Positions 35,255 through 41,626 of a stretch of 42,768 nt of DNA are shown piece after piece (positions within the stretch are counted from its first letter, which is position 1; the number at the start of each line of letters is the position of its first letter). The stretch is from NCBI GenBank assembly GCA_039814655.1, contig JBCCAW010000002.1:1-42768 (forward strand), written 5' to 3'. The translations under genes and the position numbers were made by a program. The notes under the pieces are model-generated. The model was given only the letters and a program-made list of their open reading frames with translations. It was not told the origin of the DNA and did no database searches. Source of the DNA: Myxococcota bacterium (GTDB lineage Bacteria > Myxococcota_A > Polyangia > Polyangiales > Houyiibacteriaceae).

Positions 35255-35677
35255 GGCTCTCCGCGCCGTCCGGCAGCGCACCGCCGGGACCCGGCTTCGT
35301 GACGCCATATGACCCTACGTTGGGCGTCATGCGGAGCCTTGCGCGCATCATGCCGGCTGCGGTACTTCGCTCGGAGCCCGTTTCCTGGTCCTGGGGAAGA
35401 CTCCTGTGGGCGCGGAGGGGGCTTTTCCTGGGGAGTTTCGATCCCCAGACTGCCCCGTGGTTCTTCCCGTCCCGAGATCGCCACAAGCCTGAACGATCTC
35501 ATCCGCTTGGCTTCCAAACCCCCCAATCCACAGCCCTTAAGACGAAGACGAGAGAGACCTTAACCCTCTAATTCTCTCCCCTTCCGACTCGCTCTCCGCA
35601 CCGGGCGCTCGCGGGGGCCACCGCGCCTTCGCTTCCCTTCACGCTTCGCTCACGACTCCCCCTGCATCGAGGTACCG

Positions 35678-36811
35678 ATGGAGCTCTCCATCCCCAAGCG
35701 CGAGCTCTTCCGCGGTCTCCAGCGCACGCATGGCGTGGCGGACCGGAAGAGCTCCATGCCGATCCTCTCCAACGTGCTCCTCACCACGGAGGGGCAGGAC
35801 ACGCTCCGGCTGGCGGCCACGGACCTCTACCTCGGCGTGACGAGCACCGTCGCGGCCTCGGTGACGCAGCCGGGCAGCATCGCCCTGGCCGCGCGCACGC
35901 TCTACGACATCGTGCGCGCGCTGCCCGAAGGCCAGGTGACCCTCGAGGTCGGGCAGAACCAGGCCGTCGCGATCCGCTCGGGGCGCATTCGCTACAGCAT
36001 TCCCGGGCTGCCCGGCGAGGATTTCCCGCCGCTCCCGCATCCCGGTGAAGCGACGCTTCAGCCCCTCGGCGCCGCGGCCCTGCACGAGCTCATCGCGCTC
36101 ACGAGCTACTCGATGTCGACGGACGACACGCGGCCGCACCTCGCGGGAACGCTCTTCGAGGGGGACGGTCCGCTGCTCCGCATGGTGACCACGGACGGGC
36201 ACCGGCTGAGCAAGGCCGAGTCCGCCACCGAGGGCGCCGAGCTCGCCTTCAAGATGCTCGTGCCCCACAAGGGCATCAGCGAGCTCAAGAAGCTCCTCGA
36301 CGACCTCAAGGGCGCCAAGACACCGGAGGGGCCCGCGAAGGTCGAGGTGGGCACGGACGCCGCCGGCAACGCCTTCTTCCGGAGCCCGGACGTGCTGCTC
36401 AGCGTGAAGCTCGCGGACGAGCAGTTCCCGCCCTACGACAAGGTCATCCCGCAGCAGCAGGACAAGCGCGTCATCGCCGACCGCTCGCGGCTGGTGGATT
36501 CGCTCAAGCGCATCTCGCTCGTGACGAGCGACAAGAGCGGCGGCGGCGTGCAGCTCCAGATCGAAGACGGCCTGGTGCGCATCAAGAGCCAGAACCCGGA
36601 CGTGGGCGAAGGCATCGAGGAGGTCGAGGTCGACTACGCCGGGGAGGGCGTGACCATCGGCTTCAACGCCAAGTACCTCCTCGACGCGCTCGGTGCGCTG
36701 CCCCAGGACGAGGTGGCCCTCGAGCTCAGCGGGACCCTGGACCCCGGCGTCGTGAAGCCCGTCGGCGAAGGCGCGGACTTCGTGGGCGTCATCATGCCCA
36801 TGCGCATCTGA
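35678..36811 (+). CDS. dnaN: DNA polymerase III beta subunit (sliding clamp)
   Basis: MELSIPKRELFRGLQRTHGVADRKSSMPILSNVLLTTEG..LRLAATDLYLG, plus MSTDDTRPHLAGTLFE and C-terminal DFVGVIMPMRI. GAGG SD 8 nt upstream. Confidence 0.9.
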   Translation: MELSIPKRELFRGLQRTHGVADRKSSMPILSNVLLTTEGQDTLRLAATDLYLGVTSTVAASVTQPGSIALAARTLYDIVRALPEGQVTLEVGQNQAVAIRSGRIRYSIPGLPGEDFPPLPHPGEATLQPLGAAALHELIALTSYSMSTDDTRPHLAGTLFEGDGPLLRMVTTDGHRLSKAESATEGAELAFKMLVPHKGISELKKLLDDLKGAKTPEGPAKVEVGTDAAGNAFFRSPDVLLSVKLADEQFPPYDKVIPQQQDKRVIADRSRLVDSLKRISLVTSDKSGGGVQLQIEDGLVRIKSQNPDVGEGIEEVEVDYAGEGVTIGFNAKYLLDALGALPQDEVALELSGTLDPGVVKPVGEGADFVGVIMPMRI

Positions 36812-37074
36812 TGAAGGCCGACCCCGGCGGCGACCAGGGCACCGGCACGGCGCGCGTCGATGCGCTCCGGGGTCAGCTGAAGCTGGCCTACGTCATCGCC
36901 GGTGCGCTCTCCGTGCCCGTGGCCATCCTCGCCGGCGCGGCCTGGTACATCAGCGGCTTCGGCGTGGGCCCCATGGTCATGCTGAGCATGATCGCGGCGC
37001 TCTTCGTCGCGGTGAGCGTCATCGGTGCCGCGGCCATTCATCGCGCCAAGAAGCGCGGGCCCGCTGACGGGTGA
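36811..37074 (+). CDS. Small two-TM membrane protein (87 aa), translationally coupled to dnaN
   Basis: The ATG shares its A with the dnaN TGA (TGATG). Two hydrophobic helices (LAYVIAGALSVPVAILAGAAWYI and PMVMLSMIAALFVAVSVIGAAAI), then the basic tail HRAKKRG. Confidence 0.5.
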   Translation: MKADPGGDQGTGTARVDALRGQLKLAYVIAGALSVPVAILAGAAWYISGFGVGPMVMLSMIAALFVAVSVIGAAAIHRAKKRGPADG

Positions 37075-37164
37075 GGTGCCACGGGGGGCCGTCCAGCGGC
37101 CTTCCGGTCAGGCTCACGGTGCCTCCCGTCGCCCGCGCACGCGCGTGTGCTAGGACCCGGCGCC

Positions 37165-38106
37165 ATGAGCGGTTTCGTCGGGCGGGGCCGAGGCAAGGTC
37201 ATCCTCCTCGGCGAGCACAGCGTGGTCTACGGCCGGCCGGCGCTGGCCGCGGGCCTCGAGCGTGGGGTGCAAGCGAGGGTCCGCGCTGCCGACGCCGACG
37301 CCATGCAGCTTTCGCCGTGGGAGGTGCGCGTCACGCCGGCGCAAGGAGACGAGCCCCTCGGCCAGGCGCTCGCGGCGGCGCTCGCCCTCTACGCCGAGCG
37401 CAGCACCGGGGCCGCCGTGCAGGTCCAGGTGGGGCTCCCCGGTGGCGCCGGCCTCGGCTGCTCTGCGGCCATCGGCGTGGCGGTGATCGAAGCGCTCGAC
37501 GGCCTCTACGGCGTGCCACGAACGCCGGCGGAGCGGGGTGACGCCTCCCTCGCCTGGGAGAAGGTCTTCCACGGCTCGCCCTCCGGCGTGGACAACGCCG
37601 TTGCCGCCGTGGGCGGCGTGGTGCGCTTCGTGCGCGGCCAAGGCGTGAGGCCCGTGGCCTTCGGCCGGCCCTTGCCCCTCGTGGTGGCCCACAGCGGCAT
37701 CGCCTCGAGCACCAAGGTCGTCGTCGATGGCGTACGCGAGCGCTGGACCGCGAACCGGCCGGCCATGGAGCGGATCTTCGACGCCATCGCCGGCCTCGTC
37801 GACCGGGCGGAGACGGCGCTCGCGGCCGGCGAGCTCGACGTGCTGGGCGGGCTCATGAACGACAACCAGCGCGAGCTCGAAGCCATGGGCGTGAGCACGC
37901 CGGCGCTCGAGGCGCTGGTGGCCGAGGCCCGGGCCGCCGGCGCCCTTGGGGCGAAGCTGACCGGGGCCGGCGGCGGCGGCTGCATGGTGGCGCTCGCTCC
38001 CGACTCAGCCACCGCCGCGCGCATCGAGGCGCGGCTGGCCGCGCGGGCGTCGATGACCTTCACCACCACCGTTGGCGGCGACGCCGACGCGGGAGACGAC
38101 ACGTGA
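37165..38106 (+). CDS. mvk: Mevalonate kinase
   Basis: GKVILLGEHSVVYGRPALA, GHMP motif GLPGGAGLGCSAAIGVA, and KLTGAGGGGCMVAL. ATG 37165. Confidence 0.85.
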   Translation: MSGFVGRGRGKVILLGEHSVVYGRPALAAGLERGVQARVRAADADAMQLSPWEVRVTPAQGDEPLGQALAAALALYAERSTGAAVQVQVGLPGGAGLGCSAAIGVAVIEALDGLYGVPRTPAERGDASLAWEKVFHGSPSGVDNAVAAVGGVVRFVRGQGVRPVAFGRPLPLVVAHSGIASSTKVVVDGVRERWTANRPAMERIFDAIAGLVDRAETALAAGELDVLGGLMNDNQRELEAMGVSTPALEALVAEARAAGALGAKLTGAGGGGCMVALAPDSATAARIEARLAARASMTFTTTVGGDADAGDDT

Positions 38107-39107
38107 CGCACCTCGACGGCAAGGCCCGCGCTACGGCGCGCGCCAACATCGCGCTGGCCAAGTACTGGGGCAAAGCCGACGTCGCCCTGAACCTCCCGGC
38201 GGTGCCGAGCATCTCCCTCACCCTCGACGGCCTGGTGACGCGCACGAGCGTGCGCTTCGACCGGCGCCTCGACGCGGACGAGGTGGAGCTCGACGGGCGC
38301 CCGGCGACGGCGAAGGAGAGCGCGCGCGTGGTCGAGCTACTCGACCGGGTGCGCGCGGCGGCGAAGGCGGAGACGCGGGCGAAGGTCGTCAGCAACAACC
38401 GCTTCCCGACGGCGGCGGGGCTCGCTTCGAGCGCCAGTGGCTTCGCGGCGCTGGCGGCGGCGGCGAGCCACGCGGCGGGCCTCGGCTGGGGCCTCCGCAA
38501 GGTGAGCAGCGAGGCCCGGCGCTCGAGCGCCAGCGCGGCCCGGAGCGTCTATGGCGGCTTCGCCGAGCTGCCCGCGGGCAAGCAGCGCAAGGATGGCCGC
38601 TGGGACGGCTTCCTGCCGGCCAAGGCGCTGCACGGCCCGGAGCATTGGGACCTGCGCCTCGTGGTCGCGGAGACCGCCCGCGGGCCGAAGAAGGTCGGCT
38701 CGACCGAGGGCATGGAGCGCTCGCGAACGACCTCGCCCTATTACGACGCCTGGGTGAGGGAGGCGCCGGCGTGGGCCGACCAGCTCCGGAAGGCGCTGAA
38801 GCGTCGGGACCTCCCGGGCGTCGGTGAGGCCATGGAGCGGAGCACGCTCGCCTTCCACACCTGCGCCATCACCGCGTATCCCTCGATCCTCTACTGGCAG
38901 GCGCCGACGGTGGCGGTGCTCCACGCGGTGCGGGAGCTGCGCGAGGCCCGGGGCCTCGCCTGCTGGGCCACCATGGACGCGGGCCCGCACGTGAAGGTGC
39001 TCTGCGCCGCCGCGGACGCGCGGAAGATCCGCGCGGCGCTGAAGCGGGTCGAGGGCGTGACGGGAACGCTCGTGTGCAAGCCCGGCGCGGGCATCGAGGT
39101 CGCGTGA
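38103..39107 (+). CDS. mvaD: Diphosphomevalonate decarboxylase
   Basis: ARANIALAKYWGKADVALNLPAVPSISLTL and NNRFPTAAGLASSASGFAALA. GTG 38103 overlaps the mvk stop (GTGA). Confidence 0.85.
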   Translation: MTHLDGKARATARANIALAKYWGKADVALNLPAVPSISLTLDGLVTRTSVRFDRRLDADEVELDGRPATAKESARVVELLDRVRAAAKAETRAKVVSNNRFPTAAGLASSASGFAALAAAASHAAGLGWGLRKVSSEARRSSASAARSVYGGFAELPAGKQRKDGRWDGFLPAKALHGPEHWDLRLVVAETARGPKKVGSTEGMERSRTTSPYYDAWVREAPAWADQLRKALKRRDLPGVGEAMERSTLAFHTCAITAYPSILYWQAPTVAVLHAVRELREARGLACWATMDAGPHVKVLCAAADARKIRAALKRVEGVTGTLVCKPGAGIEVA

Positions 39108-40204
39108 GCGGCGACGTCTCGCGCGGTTCCGTCTCGCGCGGCTCCGTTTCGCGAGGTGCCGTCTCGGCGCCGGGAAAGATGATGGTCGGCGGCGAGTACG
39201 CGGTGCTGGCTGGCGCGCCAGCGGTGGTCGCTGCGGTGCAGGCCCGAGCCCGGGTGCACTTCGTGACCGCCGCCGTGGCCGAGGCGCGTGAGACCGCCGC
39301 GGCCGCCCGCCACGAGGCCGGAGACGGCTGGGACGGGACCGCCATCGCGTCGCCGGAGCGCTTCCCCGAGGCCTTCGCCGCACGGCGACTCGCCGAGCAA
39401 GCGCTCGGCCCCGTGCCCGGGCGCCTCGCCGTCGACGTGTCCGCGCTCCGCCGGGCAGGGCAGAAGCTCGGCGTCGGCTCGAGCGCGGCGGCGGCGGCGG
39501 CGGCCTCGGCGGCCGTGCACGCGTGGCACGGCGCCGACGTAGCGGCCCCGGAGGTGCGGGCGCGCGCCCTCCGCTTCGCCCTCGAGGGGCACCGGGAAGT
39601 GGCCCCGCGCGGTTCCGGCGCCGACGTGGCGGCGGCAGCGCTCGGCGGCTTCGTGCGCTTTCGGCGCCCCGGCGGCGTGGAGGATCCCGCCTACGAGGCC
39701 GCGGCCCTTCCCGCGCCCGAGGGGCTCTCGCTACGCGTGGTCTGGACCGGCGAGGCGGCCAGCACGCGGGAGCTCATCGCGAAGGTCGAAGCGCTCCGCG
39801 TGAAGGACCCGGCGCTCCACGGCCGGTGCATGGACCGGCTCGCGGACGAGGCGGCGGCCTTCGTGAGCGCCTTCGAGACCGGCGTCGCGCGTCCCGTCGT
39901 GGACGCGGCGGCGCGCTACCACGCCGCGATGAAGGCGCTGGGCGAGGCGGCGGACGCGCCCATCGTCGAAGCGCGCCTCGACCGGGCGGCGACGCTCGCC
40001 GCGGCCCACGGAGGCGCCGCAAAACCGAGCGGAGCCGGCGGCGGCGACGTGGCCTTGGCCTTCTTCGAGTCGGGCGCCGAAGCCGACGCCTTCACGGCCG
40101 CGGCGGCTAGCGCGGGTCTTACGCCGCTGGCCCTCCGCCTCGGCGGCCCCGGCCCGCTCCCCGGGGACGAGCCCTCGAAAGACGAGGCTGCCGAGGACGT
40201 CTAG
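39104..40204 (+). CDS. mvaK2: Phosphomevalonate kinase (GHMP/ERG8-type)
   Basis: SAPGKMMVGGEYAVLAGAPAVV, GQKLGVGSSAAAAAA, and KPSGAGGGDVALAF. GTG 39104 overlaps the mvaD stop (GTGA). Confidence 0.75.
   Translation: MSGDVSRGSVSRGSVSRGAVSAPGKMMVGGEYAVLAGAPAVVAAVQARARVHFVTAAVAEARETAAAARHEAGDGWDGTAIASPERFPEAFAARRLAEQALGPVPGRLAVDVSALRRAGQKLGVGSSAAAAAAASAAVHAWHGADVAAPEVRARALRFALEGHREVAPRGSGADVAAAALGGFVRFRRPGGVEDPAYEAAALPAPEGLSLRVVWTGEAASTRELIAKVEALRVKDPALHGRCMDRLADEAAAFVSAFETGVARPVVDAAARYHAAMKALGEAADAPIVEARLDRAATLAAAHGGAAKPSGAGGGDVALAFFESGAEADAFTAAAASAGLTPLALRLGGPGPLPGDEPSKDEAAEDV
39116..39166 (+). repeat. 3.4 x 15-bp in-frame tandem repeat (gtctcgcgcggytcc) encoding VSRGS-VSRGS-VSRGA at the PMK N-terminus
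   Basis: Units at 39116-39130, 39131-39145 and 39146-39160, plus a partial unit. It lies upstream of the first conserved PMK motif. Confidence 0.85.
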
Positions 40205-40252
40205 ACGAAGGCGCAACGAACGGGCCTCGCTCCGCGGTTGGCGGGCCGCAGG

Positions 40253-41482
40253 TCAGAAGCTCACGGCGCAGCGCAGGCCCGCGCCAAGGGGACCGCACCC
40301 GACGGTTCGGCGGGCGCGGGCCGTCGACGCGCGCGGGGCGTCTTCATCCCCGGCGTTCGCGTCCACGACCCGTCGCCGGCGCTTGCCGACGAAGGTGAGC
40401 ACGGCGCCGAGGACCGTGAAGGTCACGCCGGTCCCGAGGAGCGGGCCCGCCGCCCGGCGGAGATCGTCCTGGAGACCCGGGTCCCCTTCGCCGCAGCCGA
40501 AACATCCAGCGGCCACGGCCCGATCCTGGTTTTCGTCGTAGTCGGCCCAGAAGCGCAGACCGATGGCGCCGAGGGTGGTGACCGTGCCGGCGGCGACGAA
40601 GAAGCGGCCCCATTTCAGGCGCCTTCGGTTGCGCGCGTTGGCCTCGAAGGCCTCGCGGTCGAGCTCGAGGCGCCGCTCTTCCGCCTGGGCCCGCTGCGCT
40701 TCGTGTTGGGCCAGCGCGCGCCGCTCGGCGTCGCTCAGCGCGGGCGCCACCGGCGGCGCGGGGGCGCCTGTGCCCGTGCCCGGTACCGGCACCGGGGCGA
40801 CCGCGACCTCCTCGAGGGTGACCTCCACCCGCTCTCGCTCCCCGCCGAGGATGCTCAGCCGCTGCGCGAAGGGCTGAAAGCCCGGCGCCTCCACCCGGAG
40901 CTCGTGGCTGCCGGGTGTGAGCAGGACGCGCCCCTGCCCATCGGGCTCCGCGAGCACGCCGTCGATCGTCGCCGTCGCACTCGAGGGCGCGAGCTGCAGT
41001 TCGAGCACGCCGAGAAAGCGCGCGGTCCGCTCGAGGCCGTCCTCCGCTTCCCTTCGTTGCTGGGCCGAGAGCGGGGCCTCGCGCATGGCCAGGGCCTGCT
41101 CGAAGCCGCGAAACGCCACGGGGTACTCGCGCAGCTCGTAGGAGCAGACCGCGCCGAGGCGTACCGCATTGGCCGAGGGGCGAATGCGATGCGCGCCCAC
41201 GAAGAGCGCCCGCGCGTCGGCCCAGTTGCCTCCTCCGTAGGCCGCGAGCGCTTCCTCGATGGTTCGCTGAAACTCCGCTTCGCGCCGGTCCTCGGAGGCG
41301 CCCGGGGTCGCGTCGCCGGCGCCTTCGCTCGCTCCGGCCGGGGTCGCGCCGGCATCGCCGGAGGCCGGCTGCGCGGCGGCGGGCCGACCGGCGGCGCCCA
41401 GCACCAGCGCGAGCCCGAGCACGCACACCACCCGCCCGCCGGGAACACGGGCCCCGACGCGGCTCGGACCGCCCTCCGCCAT
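40253..41482 (-). CDS. Envelope protein with TPR-like region, PEGA domain and two C-terminal TM segments
   Basis: Signal/anchor VVCVLGLALVLGAAGRPAAAQ from ATG 41482. PEGA-like ATIDGVLAEPDGQGRVLLTPGSHELRVEAPGFQPFAQRLSI. TM segments FFVAAGTVTTLGAIGL and GVTFTVLGAVLTFVG flank CFGCGEGDPG. Confidence 0.7.
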   Translation of the reverse strand: MAEGGPSRVGARVPGGRVVCVLGLALVLGAAGRPAAAQPASGDAGATPAGASEGAGDATPGASEDRREAEFQRTIEEALAAYGGGNWADARALFVGAHRIRPSANAVRLGAVCSYELREYPVAFRGFEQALAMREAPLSAQQRREAEDGLERTARFLGVLELQLAPSSATATIDGVLAEPDGQGRVLLTPGSHELRVEAPGFQPFAQRLSILGGERERVEVTLEEVAVAPVPVPGTGTGAPAPPVAPALSDAERRALAQHEAQRAQAEERRLELDREAFEANARNRRRLKWGRFFVAAGTVTTLGAIGLRFWADYDENQDRAVAAGCFGCGEGDPGLQDDLRRAAGPLLGTGVTFTVLGAVLTFVGKRRRRVVDANAGDEDAPRASTARARRTVGCGPLGAGLRCAVSF

Positions 41483-41488
41483 CCGCAC

Positions 41489-41494
41489 ACTATG
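41489..41494 (-). promoter_or_regulatory. -10-like hexamer CATAGT, 6 nt upstream of ATG 41482 (candidate leaderless promoter)
   Basis: The minus strand reads CCATAGT-GTGCGG-ATG, nearly identical to the arrangement at 5346. No SD is present. Confidence 0.35.
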
Positions 41495-41626
41495 GCCCTG
41501 GAGCCGAGCTCCGGCCACCGGGGAGAAGCGCGCACTCTATCGCCGGATTTCAAAGGGCCCCGAGCGCGTGACGTGGACCCGTCTCGGCTTTAGCTTGCGC
41601 AGGCCGGGCGGCGGCGCGGGGGGCGA

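Noticed and set aside
35429-35447. tRNA T-arm-like hairpin TGGGGA-gtttcga-TCCCCA
   Set aside because: I could not build a matching acceptor stem, D-arm or anticodon arm from the flanking 80 nt, and the loop does not fit the TTCRANN consensus in register. It is not a tRNA and is retained only as part of the intergenic-region finding.
35524-35532. DnaA-box-like CAATCCACA upstream of dnaN (possible oriC)
   Set aside because: It is a single copy with two mismatches to TTATCCACA. There is no cluster of boxes, no obvious AT-rich unwinding element and no adjacent dnaA. This is insufficient to call an origin.
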